A DNA stretch of 64,000 nt from an uncultured Acidobacteriota bacterium (GCA_963836075.1 CAWIIB010000009.1:3170602-3234601), one strand, 5' to 3'; shown: positions 1 through 11,173, counted from the first letter of the stretch. Made by a program: numbers and translations. The notes: a model not told the origin generated them from the sequence alone.

Positions 1-762
1 CACGGCCAGCAGGCCGGCGATCCAGGGCAGGGCCCGCTTCAGCCAGCCGCGGTCCAAGTCCTGGATGAAGAAATACTCGTAGAGCAGGATCATCAGCGGC
101 AGGGTGGCGGCGATCTCCTTGGTGCCGCAGGCCAGCAGGCCGGCAGCGAGGGAGCCAACGAAACAGGGCCAGCCGGGCAGGCCCTCCTCGGTGCGGCGCC
201 GGCCGTGGAGGTAGAGCAGCATGGCCAGCAGGTAGAACATGGAGGCCATGCTGTTCATCCGCTGGACGGTGTAGGTCACCGACTGGGTCTGCAGCGGGTT
301 GACGAACCAGAGCAGGGCGGCAAAGAGGGCCAGCAGGTCGGGGCGGCGGAAGCGGCCCAGGAACAGCGGCAGGGCCAGGGTCCCGCGGATCAGCAGGAAG
401 AGCAGGAAGCCGGCGAGGATGTGCACCGCAATGTTCACCAGGTGGTAGCCGGGCAGCCGGTAGCCGTGGGCCATGTAGTTGAGGGCGAAGCTGGCGTAGG
501 CCAGCGGCCGGTGGGGGGCCGGGCTCTCCCGGGTGGCGGCGGCCAGGGTGGCCGGGGAGATCGAGGTCCAGCGGATGCCGGTGTTGTCCCGGATGCTCGC
601 CTCGTCGTCGAAAACGAAAGGCACCTGCAGCGTGTTGGAGTAGAGCAGGGCGCCCAGGACGGCGAAGAGCAGCAATACCGCCCAGGCCGGCAGGATCAGC
701 TGTCTGGCTGGGTCTGCCGGCGCGGGTTTCCTCCCGGCTCCCTTCTTCTTTTTTTTCTTCAC
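1..762 (-). CDS. TPR-type GT-C membrane protein (TMTC/DUF1736-like); N-terminal 254 codons only, the C-terminus lies beyond the window start
   Basis: Not in the ORF track because it runs off the window. Manual reverse translation from GTG at 762 gives VKKKKKKGAGRK..LLYSNTLQVPFVFDDEASIRDNTGIRW..YHLVNIAVHILAGFLLFLL..GTKEIAATLPLMILLYEYFF, with several hydrophobic helices. It shares the N-terminal motif family with CDS 32459-34516 (NGLTLDDEAIIGDNPLVRSL..YHLVNLLLYAL). Confidence 0.7.
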   Translation of the reverse strand, partial: MKKKKKKGAGRKPAPADPARQLILPAWAVLLLFAVLGALLYSNTLQVPFVFDDEASIRDNTGIRWTSISPATLAAATRESPAPHRPLAYASFALNYMAHGYRLPGYHLVNIAVHILAGFLLFLLIRGTLALPLFLGRFRRPDLLALFAALLWFVNPLQTQSVTYTVQRMNSMASMFYLLAMLLYLHGRRRTEEGLPGWPCFVGSLAAGLLACGTKEIAATLPLMILLYEYFFIQDLDRGWLKRALPWIAGLLAV

Positions 763-974
763 CTTGTCAGCACCGGTCCGTGCAGGGTTTTGTCCGCCTG
801 ATTCCGGCGGCACGGATAGCGTAGCGATACGTACAATACCTGTCAAACCTTCGCAAAGGGTATCCGGATCCCATCCCTTGACAGACCGCTTCCTGCCGGA
901 CAGAGTATCAGGCATCAACAGTGCCGCCGGATTGAGCGGCGGAGTCACCAGGACCAGACATATCGGGCAAGGGA

Positions 975-2183
975 TTGATCGAATCACAGCCAGCACGGCG
1001 TCTGTCAACCGGTAGGATTTTCCTCGTTTTTCTGCGCCTGGGCCTCACCTCCTTCGGCGGCCCGGTGGCCCACCTGGGGTATTTCCGCGAGGAGTTCGTG
1101 GTGCGCCGCAAACTGCTGGAGGAGGACACCTACGCCGACCTGGTGGCCCTGTGCCAGTTTCTTCCCGGCCCGGCCAGCAGCCAGGTGGGGATGGGGATCG
1201 GCCTTTCCCAGGCGGGGATCCGCGGGGCGCTGGCCGCCTGGACCGGGTTCACCCTGCCCTCGGCCCTGGCCCTGGTGCTGTTTGCGCTGGGCCTCGGGGT
1301 CCTGGACGAGTCCGTTGTCCACTCGGGTTGGCTGCACGGGCTCAAGGTGGCAGCGGTGGCCGTGGTGGCCCTTGCCGTCTGGGGCATGGCGCGGTCTCTC
1401 TGCCCCGACCGGATGCGCGGCAGCCTGGCCGTGGTTGCCGCCGGAATCGTTCTCTTCTTCCCGGGGGTCTGGGGCCAGGTGGCGGCCATCCTCTTCGGCG
1501 GTCTGTGCGGCCGGCTGCTGCTACAAGTCGACTCACCGGGGTCCCGCTCATCCCTCTCCTCCTCGGTGGGCAGAGGGACGGCGCTGGTCAGTCTCACGCT
1601 GTTTTCGGCGCTTCTCTTCGGTCTGCCCGTTGCCGCCCGGTTGGTCCCGCACCACGCCCTGGCCCTGGTGGACAGCTTCTACCGCTCCGGCGCACTGGTC
1701 TTCGGCGGAGGCCACGTGGTGTTGCCCCTGCTCCAGGCGGAGGTGGTCACACCCGGTTGGGTCAGTGCTGACCTTTTTCTCGCCGGTTACGGCGCGGCCC
1801 AGGCTGTCCCGGGGCCCCTGTTCACCTTTTCCGCCTACCTCGGCGCGGTTATGTCACCGGCGCCGGGGGGGTGGTCCGGTGCGGCCATCTGCCTGGTGGC
1901 GGTCTTCCTCCCCTCGTTCCTGCTGGTGGTGGGTGTGCTGCCCTTCTGGGACGTGCTGCGGAGCAAAACCTGGGTCCGTTCGGCCCTTGGCGGCGTGAAT
2001 GCCGCTGTGGTGGGGCTGCTGCTGGCGGCGTTCTACCACCCGGTCTGGACCAGCGGGATCCTCTCCGCCGCGGATTTCGTGCTCGCCCTGTTCGCCCTGG
2101 GTCTGCTCACCCTCTGGAAAGCGCCCCCCTGGCTGGTGGTGCTGCTCAGCGGCGTGGGCGGATGGCTCGTCTCGCTGATCTGA
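975..2183 (+). CDS. chrA: Chromate ion transporter (CHR family, long-chain ChrA)
   Basis: ORF track 402 aa with TTG start. Motif FLVFLRLGLTSFGGPVAHLGYFREEFV..LPGPASSQ is repeated in the second half (FGGGHVVLPLL..LAGYGAAQAVPGPLF). Polytopic membrane protein. Confidence 0.9.
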   Translation: MIESQPARRLSTGRIFLVFLRLGLTSFGGPVAHLGYFREEFVVRRKLLEEDTYADLVALCQFLPGPASSQVGMGIGLSQAGIRGALAAWTGFTLPSALALVLFALGLGVLDESVVHSGWLHGLKVAAVAVVALAVWGMARSLCPDRMRGSLAVVAAGIVLFFPGVWGQVAAILFGGLCGRLLLQVDSPGSRSSLSSSVGRGTALVSLTLFSALLFGLPVAARLVPHHALALVDSFYRSGALVFGGGHVVLPLLQAEVVTPGWVSADLFLAGYGAAQAVPGPLFTFSAYLGAVMSPAPGGWSGAAICLVAVFLPSFLLVVGVLPFWDVLRSKTWVRSALGGVNAAVVGLLLAAFYHPVWTSGILSAADFVLALFALGLLTLWKAPPWLVVLLSGVGGWLVSLI

Positions 2184-2262
2184 CCCGAAACAATTTGCTC
2201 CGGTTGACCACAAATGGAGTGGAGTGGGATGGCATCTCACACGCGCCCGGCCGCTGACCAGA

Positions 2263-2303
2263 AGTGGTCTCACAACCTCATCCGAGGTTCTGAAACCACT
2301 TTT
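2263..2303. terminator. Nested hairpin between convergent chrA and the sulfatase-like gene (candidate bidirectional terminator)
   Basis: Outer stem agtggt(2263-2268)/accact(2295-2300). Inner stem aacctc(2274-2279)/gaggtt(2284-2289), followed by ttt. It sits exactly between the two stop codons. Confidence 0.35.
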
Positions 2304-3684
2304 ACTGGACGTAGCCCAGGGCTTCGAGACGTTTGAGGTTGTCCTGGTCCGGGGGGTCGGCCCGGGGGCCGGCCCCCTCCCGCCAGCTGGTCAGCAGGCC
2401 GAGCAGTTTCCGGGCCCGTTCAGTCTCCTGAGCGGCCAGGTTGTTTCGCTCCATGGGGTCCTGCTCCAGGTTGTAGAGCTCCACCTGCCGCCGCCAGTGG
2501 GTGACCACCAGTTTCCAGGGATACTCCACAACCATGGTGGCCTTGGGGATGTTCTGATACCCGTCCGGGAACTGTTCTTCCACGGTCCACGGGCGGCTGG
2601 CCTCGGCAAAGGCCGCCCGCCCCGCGCTGCCGGTCTGCGGTGACAGGTCCCCCCCCGCGGTTCCCTCCGCCGGCGGGATACCGGCCGCCGCCAGCAGCGT
2701 GGGGAAGAGATCGAGGGTCTGCACGGTTTCCCGGACCGTCCCCTTCTCCCTCCTGTCCCCCGGGAAACGGATGAGCAGCGGCACCCTGATGCTCGGCTGG
2801 TAGACGTAGTTCCCGTGGTAGAACTTCAGCCGGCGCTCGGTGAGATGCTCGCCGTGGTCGGCGGTGATGGCCACCAGCGTGGTCTCCTTAAACTCCGGCC
2901 TGTCCAGTCGATCCAGCAGCGGGCCCAGACCGTGGTCGAGGTAGGCGATCTCGCCGTCGTAGAGGTCCACCAGGCGCCGCAGGTCGGCCCGGGTGGGGGA
3001 GACCCTGTTCTGCCACAGCTGTTCCAGGTAGGCCATGCTGCCGTCGGCCGGTCCCTGGTACCCCTCGCCGTAGATGGTGTCGAACGGCGCCGGCGGGTCA
3101 TAGGGGAAGTGGGGGTCGAAGTAGTGGACCCAGAGGAAGTAGGGGCCCTCGCTGTTCCGGTCCAGCCACTGCAGGGCGGCGGCGGTGGTGGCCTCGGCCC
3201 GGCGCTGGTCCTGGTCTGCCGCCGCGAGGCCGAACTCCTCGTCGTAGATCTCGAAACCCCGGGCCAGACCCATCCCGGAGGCCAGTGCCGAGCAGCTGAC
3301 AAAGGCAGCCGTGCGGTAGCCGTTTCTGGAGAGCAGTTCGGCGAGGGTGGGGATGTGGGGAGCCAGGGGGAAGCTGTTGCGGGGCAGGCCCAGGTTCTGG
3401 GGGTGCCGGCCGGTCATCATCGACGCGTGGGAGGCCAGGGTGGTGTTGATGGTGGAATAGGCGTTGTCGAAGCGCAGTGCGCTTCCGGCAAATGTGTCGA
3501 TGTTCGGCGTGCGTGCCCGTGCATAGCCGTAGCACCCCAGGTGATCCGCACGCAGCGTGTCGAGGGTGATCAGGACGATACTGGTCTGCCGGCCCTCCGG
3601 GGTGGAGCAGCCCGCGGTCGCCAGCAGGGCGAGGGCGACCAGCAGGATGGCCGGGTGCCTGAAACTCCAGCGGCCGGGCTTCAT
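2302..3684 (-). CDS. Sulfatase-fold (alkaline-phosphatase superfamily) lipoprotein lacking the C/S-x-P-x-R motif
   Basis: ORF track 460 aa. Lipobox LLATAGC. Motifs LITLDTLRADHLGCYGY and TADHGE. At the formylglycine position it reads T-L-A-S-H (3427-3441). The tail is ELYNLEQDPMERNNLA. The start overlaps the upstream stop by 4 nt. Confidence 0.85.
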   Translation of the reverse strand: MKPGRWSFRHPAILLVALALLATAGCSTPEGRQTSIVLITLDTLRADHLGCYGYARARTPNIDTFAGSALRFDNAYSTINTTLASHASMMTGRHPQNLGLPRNSFPLAPHIPTLAELLSRNGYRTAAFVSCSALASGMGLARGFEIYDEEFGLAAADQDQRRAEATTAAALQWLDRNSEGPYFLWVHYFDPHFPYDPPAPFDTIYGEGYQGPADGSMAYLEQLWQNRVSPTRADLRRLVDLYDGEIAYLDHGLGPLLDRLDRPEFKETTLVAITADHGEHLTERRLKFYHGNYVYQPSIRVPLLIRFPGDRREKGTVRETVQTLDLFPTLLAAAGIPPAEGTAGGDLSPQTGSAGRAAFAEASRPWTVEEQFPDGYQNIPKATMVVEYPWKLVVTHWRRQVELYNLEQDPMERNNLAAQETERARKLLGLLTSWREGAGPRADPPDQDNLKRLEALGYVQ

Positions 3685-5402
3685 GGCCTTCCACTCTCCA
3701 CGGCGGCCGGTTCCGCCGCGGCCGGCGGTCCCGCCGCCGCCAGATCCTCCTCGTCAAGCACCACCCGCACATTTTCGAGATAAGGGACCAGGGAGCGGCC
3801 GTCGATCTCCGCCGGGGCCGGAATGCCGGCCAGCTCAGCCAGCGTGGGCGCCAGATCCACGGTGTTCACCCGATCGTGCACCCGGCCCGCCGGCACGCCG
3901 GGGCCGAAAACGATGAGCGGTACGTGGGTATCGTAGCGATACGGGGTGCCGTGGGTGGTGGCCGAGGAGCGGGTGGTGTTGTGAAATGGCTCGTACTGGA
4001 CCATCAGGTCAGGGCTGCGGTCCTCGTGGTAGTTGTTGCGGAAATAGGTGAAATACGGGTCATCGGGAAACGACCCGCCGAGCAGGTCGCTGCGGGTCCA
4101 GACCTTTTCCACGGCGGGGCAGTCGGTGAGCAGCGTCGCCAGTGTCAGCTCCAGTTCCTCACGTGCCACACCCGATCCCTCCACCGCTGCCGGGTTGAAG
4201 CGGGGCCCGGGAAGGAACCAGTCCTGGTCACCATACTGCTGGTCCAGTAGCCGGTCCGCCTGCTGGAAGCAGAGCACGCTCTCGGCGGTGAGCCGGGAGC
4301 CCGGTTCGCCCTGTTCCGCGAGCAGTTCGGGCACCGGCGCCACACCGTGGTCCGAGGACATACCGATGACCGTGTGTTCCAGACCCACCTTCTGGTCGAT
4401 GAACTCCAGCAGGCCTCCCAGATACCCGTCGAGGCGCATCATGGTGTCCAGCGCCTCCCGGCTGTTCGGCCCGTAGTCATGACCCACCCAGTCCAGAACG
4501 GAAAAGGAGAGGATCAGCAGATCCGGGTGCCTGTCAGCCCCCAGTTCTTCTGCTTCGATGATCCGGCGGCCAAAAAGGGCCAGCAGCTCATCCCCCCAGG
4601 GGGAGTAGCTGGCGCCCCGGAAGAAATAGCGGTCGGGCACCGGTGAGGCCACTCCGAACACATGGGGGAAAACCGGGTGGAGCGGCCCGAAATCGATATT
4701 GGCGATGCCGGCAGCCTCCAGCGCTTCCGGGTCCACCGTCAGCGGTTCCCACGCTTCCCCGAAGTGCTGTTCGAGATGGCCCTGGTCATTGAAGTCATCC
4801 ACCCAGGCCGGTTCCCCCTCCGGATAGTAGTAGTCGCTGCTGGTGAAGCTGCCGTCCTCCTTGTCGCACCAGAAAACGCCGTCCGCCTCCCGTCCGCCCA
4901 TCAGCACGGCTGCCCGGTCCTTGCCGCTGGCTGCGAAAACCCTGGATTTTGCGTCGGCCGCCTTGAGCCAGTCACCCAGAGACGGGGAGAGCATGTGCAG
5001 GGGAGAGGTGTCAAGTTCCGGGTCGTCCACAGCGTAGATCCGCTCACCGGTCTCGTGGTCATACCAGTAGTTGTCCACGATGCCGTGGCGGCCGGGAAAG
5101 CAACCGGTGGAAAGGGTGGCGTGGCCCACGGCGGTGGTGGTTCTGGCGTGAAAGTGGTGTGCTTCGGTGAAATTCGCGCCCCGGTCGATGATCGTGCGGA
5201 AGCCCTTGTCTAGCAGGGGCGAGAACCGTTGAAGCAGGTCGGTAGTGCACTGGTCCACCACCAGGAAGAGAACCAGTTGCACAGCTCCCGGTTCCAGTTC
5301 GACCACGGCCTCGGTTTCGGCCGGTGGCGGTTCGGGGGCACCACAGGATACCAGAATCAGCAGGACGGTCATGATCAGTGCGGCCAGTGCTCTCTTCGGC
5401 AT
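3681..5402 (-). CDS. Type I phosphodiesterase / nucleotide pyrophosphatase (NPP, alkaline-phosphatase family) lipoprotein
   Basis: Motif TTTAVGHATLSTGCFPGRHGIVDNYWYD and later SDHG. The ATG at 5402 is preferred over the track start 5468: AGGAGGAACCACGC lies just upstream and the N-terminus MPKRALAALIMTVLLILVSCG is a lipoprotein signal. Confidence 0.85.
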   Translation of the reverse strand: MPKRALAALIMTVLLILVSCGAPEPPPAETEAVVELEPGAVQLVLFLVVDQCTTDLLQRFSPLLDKGFRTIIDRGANFTEAHHFHARTTTAVGHATLSTGCFPGRHGIVDNYWYDHETGERIYAVDDPELDTSPLHMLSPSLGDWLKAADAKSRVFAASGKDRAAVLMGGREADGVFWCDKEDGSFTSSDYYYPEGEPAWVDDFNDQGHLEQHFGEAWEPLTVDPEALEAAGIANIDFGPLHPVFPHVFGVASPVPDRYFFRGASYSPWGDELLALFGRRIIEAEELGADRHPDLLILSFSVLDWVGHDYGPNSREALDTMMRLDGYLGGLLEFIDQKVGLEHTVIGMSSDHGVAPVPELLAEQGEPGSRLTAESVLCFQQADRLLDQQYGDQDWFLPGPRFNPAAVEGSGVAREELELTLATLLTDCPAVEKVWTRSDLLGGSFPDDPYFTYFRNNYHEDRSPDLMVQYEPFHNTTRSSATTHGTPYRYDTHVPLIVFGPGVPAGRVHDRVNTVDLAPTLAELAGIPAPAEIDGRSLVPYLENVRVVLDEEDLAAAGPPAAAEPAAVESGRP

Positions 5403-5535
5403 GCGTGGTTCCTCCTGCTGAACAGCGTAGCCCAGGGGCCGGGTGTTGGCAAGGGAATGAATATGCAAGAGGTGGCTGTCACTGGTTTATTGCGGCCGTT
5501 CTGCCAAATCTGAGCTGATGGAAAATAGGTGGCTG

Positions 5536-8500
5536 TCACCTCTTTCCGAAATACTCGGCGAGCTCGCGGCAGGTGTGGGAGCGGTCCGGGGTGCAGGCCA
5601 GGTCCCGGGGGGGGCCCTGGGCCACCAGGCGTCCGCCGGCGTCACCGCCCTCGGGGCCGAGGTCGATGACGTGGTCGGCCCGGGCGATGAGGTCGAGGTT
5701 GTGCTCGATCACCACCACCGTGTTGCCGGCGTCGGCCAGCCGTTCCAGCACCGTGGCCAGCCGGGCCACGTCACCGGCGTGGAGGCCGGTGGTGGGTTCC
5801 TCGAGGAGGTAGAGGGTGTCGCCGCCATCGGTCCCGGCGGCGGCCAGTTCGGCGGCCAGCTTGATCCGCTGGGCTTCGCCGCCGGAGAGGGTGGGGCTGG
5901 GCTGGCCCAGGGGCAGGTAGCCGAGGCCGATCTCCTCCAGCAGGGTCAGCGGCCGGTGGATGGCCGAAACCTCGGAGAAGAGTTCACGGGCCTCGGCAAC
6001 GGTCATCTCCAGCACCCCGGCGATGCTCCGCCCCCGGAAGCGGACCTCCAGCGTCTCGGGCTCGAAGCGGCGGCCGGCGCAGACGGTGCAGGGGACAAAG
6101 ACGTCGGGCAGGAAGCTCATCGCCGCCCGGAGGCGGCCCTGGCCTTCGCAGTTGGGGCAGCGGCCCTGTTTGACGTTGAAGGAGAACCGCCCGGGGCCGT
6201 ATCCACGCAGGCGGGATTCGGGCAGGCCGGCAAAGAGCCGGCGGATGCGGTCGTAGAAACCGACGTAGGTGGCGGGCACCGAACGGGGGGTGCGGCCGAT
6301 GGGCGACTGGTCCACCTCCACCGCCCGGGAGACCAGTTGCGCCCCCTCCACGGAGCGGCAGCGGCCCACCGGCGTCGCGGATGTGCGGCGGCGGCTGCGG
6401 GACAGGAGCTGGCGCACATTGCGGTGCAGCACGTCACGAACCAGGGTGCTCTTGCCCGAGCCGGAGACACCGGTGACGCAGCTGAAGATCCCGGTGGGGA
6501 TGACCACGTCGATGTCCTTGAGGTTGTGTTCGGACGCGCCGGTGATCCGGATCCCGCCGGAAGGTGTCCTCACGGTTCTGGCGGCGGCGGCGCGGCGGGC
6601 GCGTTTCCCCTGGCGCAGCCAGCGGCCGGTGACCGAGCGCCTGTCCCGGGCGATCTCCGCCGGACGGCCCACGGCCACCAGTTCGCCGCCCCCGGATCCG
6701 GCGCCGGGGCCGAGGTCGATCACGTGGTCGGCGCTGCGGATGGTCATCTCGTCGTGCTCCACCACCACCACCGTGTTGCCCTTGCGCCGCAGTTTTTTCA
6801 ACGTGGCCACCAGCCGCCGGTTGTCCCGGGGGTGCAGGCCGATGGTCGGTTCGTCAAGCACGTAGAGCACGCCGCGGAGGTTGGAGCCCAGCTGGGCGGC
6901 CAGGCGGATCCGCTGGGCCTCGCCGGTGGAGAGGGTGTCCGCCGCGCGGTCCAGTCCGAGGTAGTCGAGGCCCACCTCGCGGAGGAAGGCCAGGCGGGAC
7001 GCGGTTTCGGCGATGATCACCCGGGCCACCCGCAGCTGTCGTTGATCCAGCCCCAGTCCGCCGGCCAGTGCCTCTCCGGCCCGCACCACGTTGAGGGCGG
7101 TGAGGTCGGCGATGGAGAGATCGCCCACCTTGACCGCCAGGGCGGCCGGGTTGAGCCGTTTGCCGTTGCAGACCGGACATGGTTCAGCCGTGACCGGTCT
7201 CTTCGGCCGTCCATTCTCCTCCTCGTCCGGAGCGCCCGCTATCCCGCTGCCCCTGCACTGCGGGCAGTGCCCCAGCGGGCTGTGGAAGGAGAACATCCGC
7301 GGGTCGGGTTCGGGAAACCCGCTGCCGCAGCCCGGACAGCTGCGCCGGGTGCTGAACAGTTCGCCGGGCCCCGGCCGGCCGGCCGCGCTGACCAGCAGCA
7401 GGCCGTCGCCAACCTGCAGGGCCAGGTCCACCGCCTCGCGCAGCCCGGAGCTCACCCGCCGGCCCGAGGCGGGGAGACTGAACCGGCCCACCAGCGTTTC
7501 GATGTCATGTTCTTTGAAACGCGCCAGGTCGGGGAACTTCCGCGAGGCGACCGTCTCGCCATCCACCCGCAGGGTCTCGAACCCTTTGCGCGCGGCCCAG
7601 CGGGCCAACTCCCGGTGAAAGCCCTTGCGCGAGCGGACCAGCGGCGCGTGGATCAATATGGCCTGACCGCGGTATTCCCGGGCCACGGCGGCCGCCACCG
7701 ACGTGCGCTGGCGGGCGCCGATGGCAATGCCGCAGTCGGGGCAGTGCTGGAGACCCACCCGGGTGAAGAGCAGCCGCAGGTAGGGATAGATCTCGGTCAG
7801 GGTGGCCACGGTGGAGCGGCGGCTGCCGCGGCTGGTGCGCTGTTCGATGGCCACGGTGGGCGGGATGCCGCTGATGCGGTCCACGTCGGGCCGGGTGAGC
7901 GGGCGGACGTATTGCCGGACATAGGTGGAGAGCGAATCGAGGTAGCGGCGCTGGCCTTCGGCAAAAAGCACGTCAAAGGCGAGGCTCGACTTGCCCGAAC
8001 CGGAGACGCCGGTCACCGCCACCAGGCGGTTCAGCGGCACCTCCACCCGGATGTTGCGGAGGTTGTGCTGGCGGGCGCCCTGGATCACCACCGCCCTGCC
8101 GTTGTCCGGGGCGGTGCGCAGTGCGCGTTTTTTTGTCCTGGCCGGGGAAACGGGCGCGGGATATGCCGGGGCCGGAGGTTCGGCAACTGAAAACAGCTCC
8201 AGGTGGCGGGCCAGGTAGCGTCCGGTGTGCGAACCGGGGTCGGCGGCCACTTCCTCCGGCGTCCCCTGGGCCACCACCCGGCCGCCCAGTTCGCCCCCCT
8301 CCGGGCCGAGGTCGATCACCCGGTCGGCGGCGGCGATCACGTCGAGGTGGTGCTCGATCACCACCAGGCCGTGGCCGGCGTCCAGCAACGGCTCCCAGGC
8401 CCGCAGCAGCTGGGCCACGTCGGCAGGGTGCAGGCCGGTGGTGGGCTCGTCAAAGAGGAACAGCGCCGGCTTGTCGGCGGGCCGGACCCCCGGGCCCATC

Positions 8501-11001
8501 CGGCCGGCCAGCTTGACCCGCTGGGCCTCACCCCCGGAAAGGGTGCTCAGCGGCTGGCCCAGGCGCAGGTAGCCCAGGCCCACGGTGACCAGCGGCTTCA
8601 GCGCCTGGAGGACCTTGCCGCCGAAGAAGGCCGAGGCTTCGGAGGCGGTCATCTCCAGCACCTCGGCGATGTTGCGGCCTCGCAGCCGCACCTCCAGCAC
8701 CTCGTCCTTGTAGCGGCTGCCGCCGCACTCGGGGCAGGGGAGGTAGATGTCGGAGAGAAACTGCATCTCCACCTTCTCGTGGCCGCTGCCGCTGCAGGTG
8801 GGACAGCGGCCGTCATCGACGTTGAAGGAAAAGGTCCCGGCGTTGAACCCGCGCCGCTCGGCCAGTTCGGTGGCGGCGAACTGGGCCCTGATGGGGGCGA
8901 AGGCCTTGAGGTAGGTGGCGGCATTGGCCCGGGGACTGGACCCCACCGGCGCCTGGTCCACCAGTACCACGTCGGAGAGACGCTCCGCGCCGCGGATGCC
9001 TCTGCAGCGCCCCGGGGGGGCGTGGGGCCGTTGGGGTTTGCCCAGCGCGCGGCGCAGGTTGCGGTAGAGCACCTCCTCCACCAGGGTGCTCTTGCCCGAA
9101 CCGGAGACCCCGGTTACGCAGGTGAGCAGACCGAAGTCGATGCGGACGTCCACCCCCTTGAGGTTGTGCTCGGCGGCGCCCAGCAGACGCACGTTCCGCC
9201 CCCGCCTGGACCGGCGCCGTCCGGCCGGCGGTCTGATCCGCTCGATGCCGGCCAGGTAGCGGCCGGTTCTCGATTCGGCGCAGGCCGCAAGTTCCGCCGC
9301 CGGGCCCTGGTAGACCACCCGGCCCCCCTCTTCGCCCGCGCCGGGTCCCAGGTCCACCGCGTGGTCCGCCGCCCGCATCATCTCCGGGTCGTGCTCCACC
9401 ACCACCACGGTGTTGCCCGCGTCACGCAGCCCCTGGAGCACCTCCACCAGCCGGCCCACGTCCCGGGGGTGCAGGCCGATGCTCGGTTCGTCCAGCACGA
9501 ATAGCGTGTTGACCAGCGCCGTGCCCAGGGCGGTGGTCAGGCCGATCCGCTCCACCTCGCCGCCGGAGAGGGTGCGGGACTGCCGGGCGAGGGTGATGTA
9601 GCCCAGGCCCACCCGGCAGAGGTAGTCGAGGCGGTTGCGTACCTCGTCGAGGATCATCCTCGTGGCCGGGTCGTCGGCAAGCTCGGTTTCGATGTGCCGC
9701 AGCCAGCCGAGGGAGCCGTCCACCGGCAGGGCGTTGAAATCGGACAGGGTCAGGCCGCCCAGCCGGTAGAGCAGGGCCTCGGGCTGCAGCCGGGAGCCGC
9801 CGCAGGCGCTGCAGGTGCGGTAGCGCCGGTAGCGGGAGAGCTTCACCCGCACGTGCATCTTGTACGACTTGGTCTCCAGCCATTCAAAATACCCGGCCAC
9901 ACCGGGGAAGTCGTCGGTGCCCTCCCAGATCAGACGGCGCGCCTCCCGGTCCAGCTTTCTCCAGGGCACGTCCAACGGGATGCCCCGGCGGCGGCAGAAG
10001 GCGGCCAGCTCCTGCTGGGCCTCGATGAAGGAGCCGGTGGCCCACGGTTTCACCGGGCCCTGGGCAATGGTCTTGTCCCGGTCGGGGACCACCAGCTCGG
10101 GGTCGATTTCGATGATCCGGCCGAACCCCTTGCACCGGGGGCAGGCGCCCACCGGGTCGTTGAAGGAGAAGAGGTTGGGAGAGGGCGGATCGTAGGCGAT
10201 GTCGCAACTTGCGCAGTGGCGGCCGGTGGAGAAGTGCCGCCGCCGATTCTCCCCGGGGAGGAAGACCAGAGCCTTGCCGCGGCCCAGGTCGAGCGCAGCC
10301 TCCAGCGAGCCGGTGATCCGTCCGCTCTCCGCCGGGTCGATGACCAGCCGGTCCAGCACCACCTCGATCAGTTTGCCGCGCCGCCGCTGGGGAATCCCCT
10401 CGAGACCCGCCACCTCCCCGCCGGCGATCACCCGCAGCAGACCCTGGCTCTCCAGGGCCCGGCGCACGTCCGCGGCCGGCAGCCGGCGGGGCACGCTGAG
10501 CGGCATGGCCACCACTGCCTTGCGGCCCGGCCAGGCCTCCAGCAGTTCCCGGCAGATCGATTCCGGCGTGTCGGGGTGCACCGGTTCGCCGCAGCCCCGG
10601 CAATGCAGGGTGGCGGTGCGGGCAAAGAGCAGCTTCAGGTGGTCCTGCAGTTCGGTCATCGTGCCCACGGTTGAGCGCGAACTCTTCAGCGGATCGGTGC
10701 CCTGGATGGCGATGGCCGGGGGGATGCTGATGATACGCCGCACGTCCGGCGGGTTCATCCGGTCGAGGAACTGCCGGGCGTAGGGGGAAAAGGTCTCCAC
10801 GTAGCGTCGCTGGCCTTCGGCGTAGAGCGTATCGAAAGCCAGCGAGGATTTGCCCGAGCCGCTGACTCCGGAGATCACGGTGATCTGCTGCAGCGGCAGG
10901 TCGATGTCCACACCCCTGAGGTTGTGCTGCCTGGCCCCCCGGACCCGGATCACCTCCCGCTTTGCCCGGATCTTTCCTGCTTTCCCGTCCGCCGGTTTCA
11001 T
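5536..11001 (-). CDS. Tandem-duplicated UvrA-like ABC ATPase (two complete UvrA units fused, about 1821 aa)
   Basis: Four Walker A sites ([58 protein letters not shown]). Four ABC signatures ([36 protein letters not shown]). Two C-terminal CxxC..CxxC zinc modules. ATG at 11001 with GGAG 9 nt upstream is preferred over the track start 11070. Confidence 0.9.
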   Translation of the reverse strand: MKPADGKAGKIRAKREVIRVRGARQHNLRGVDIDLPLQQITVISGVSGSGKSSLAFDTLYAEGQRRYVETFSPYARQFLDRMNPPDVRRIISIPPAIAIQGTDPLKSSRSTVGTMTELQDHLKLLFARTATLHCRGCGEPVHPDTPESICRELLEAWPGRKAVVAMPLSVPRRLPAADVRRALESQGLLRVIAGGEVAGLEGIPQRRRGKLIEVVLDRLVIDPAESGRITGSLEAALDLGRGKALVFLPGENRRRHFSTGRHCASCDIAYDPPSPNLFSFNDPVGACPRCKGFGRIIEIDPELVVPDRDKTIAQGPVKPWATGSFIEAQQELAAFCRRRGIPLDVPWRKLDREARRLIWEGTDDFPGVAGYFEWLETKSYKMHVRVKLSRYRRYRTCSACGGSRLQPEALLYRLGGLTLSDFNALPVDGSLGWLRHIETELADDPATRMILDEVRNRLDYLCRVGLGYITLARQSRTLSGGEVERIGLTTALGTALVNTLFVLDEPSIGLHPRDVGRLVEVLQGLRDAGNTVVVVEHDPEMMRAADHAVDLGPGAGEEGGRVVYQGPAAELAACAESRTGRYLAGIERIRPPAGRRRSRRGRNVRLLGAAEHNLKGVDVRIDFGLLTCVTGVSGSGKSTLVEEVLYRNLRRALGKPQRPHAPPGRCRGIRGAERLSDVVLVDQAPVGSSPRANAATYLKAFAPIRAQFAATELAERRGFNAGTFSFNVDDGRCPTCSGSGHEKVEMQFLSDIYLPCPECGGSRYKDEVLEVRLRGRNIAEVLEMTASEASAFFGGKVLQALKPLVTVGLGYLRLGQPLSTLSGGEAQRVKLAGRMGPGVRPADKPALFLFDEPTTGLHPADVAQLLRAWEPLLDAGHGLVVIEHHLDVIAAADRVIDLGPEGGELGGRVVAQGTPEEVAADPGSHTGRYLARHLELFSVAEPPAPAYPAPVSPARTKKRALRTAPDNGRAVVIQGARQHNLRNIRVEVPLNRLVAVTGVSGSGKSSLAFDVLFAEGQRRYLDSLSTYVRQYVRPLTRPDVDRISGIPPTVAIEQRTSRGSRRSTVATLTEIYPYLRLLFTRVGLQHCPDCGIAIGARQRTSVAAAVAREYRGQAILIHAPLVRSRKGFHRELARWAARKGFETLRVDGETVASRKFPDLARFKEHDIETLVGRFSLPASGRRVSSGLREAVDLALQVGDGLLLVSAAGRPGPGELFSTRRSCPGCGSGFPEPDPRMFSFHSPLGHCPQCRGSGIAGAPDEEENGRPKRPVTAEPCPVCNGKRLNPAALAVKVGDLSIADLTALNVVRAGEALAGGLGLDQRQLRVARVIIAETASRLAFLREVGLDYLGLDRAADTLSTGEAQRIRLAAQLGSNLRGVLYVLDEPTIGLHPRDNRRLVATLKKLRRKGNTVVVVEHDEMTIRSADHVIDLGPGAGSGGGELVAVGRPAEIARDRRSVTGRWLRQGKRARRAAAARTVRTPSGGIRITGASEHNLKDIDVVIPTGIFSCVTGVSGSGKSTLVRDVLHRNVRQLLSRSRRRTSATPVGRCRSVEGAQLVSRAVEVDQSPIGRTPRSVPATYVGFYDRIRRLFAGLPESRLRGYGPGRFSFNVKQGRCPNCEGQGRLRAAMSFLPDVFVPCTVCAGRRFEPETLEVRFRGRSIAGVLEMTVAEARELFSEVSAIHRPLTLLEEIGLGYLPLGQPSPTLSGGEAQRIKLAAELAAAGTDGGDTLYLLEEPTTGLHAGDVARLATVLERLADAGNTVVVIEHNLDLIARADHVIDLGPEGGDAGGRLVAQGPPRDLACTPDRSHTCRELAEYFGKR

Positions 11002-11173
11002 GGTGCTGCTCCGTATGTTCCTGCCTGCCACCGGCCCCGGATGGTGGGTGGCGCCGGAAGCGAAGAGCATAGCAGGATTTTCGGGACAAGCACATCGAAA
11101 CAGCGTCCCGTAAGCTCCGGCCGGGGCCTCTTCTCCGGCGCTCAGCCCGGCCGATTTGTGACCGCCCCCATGG

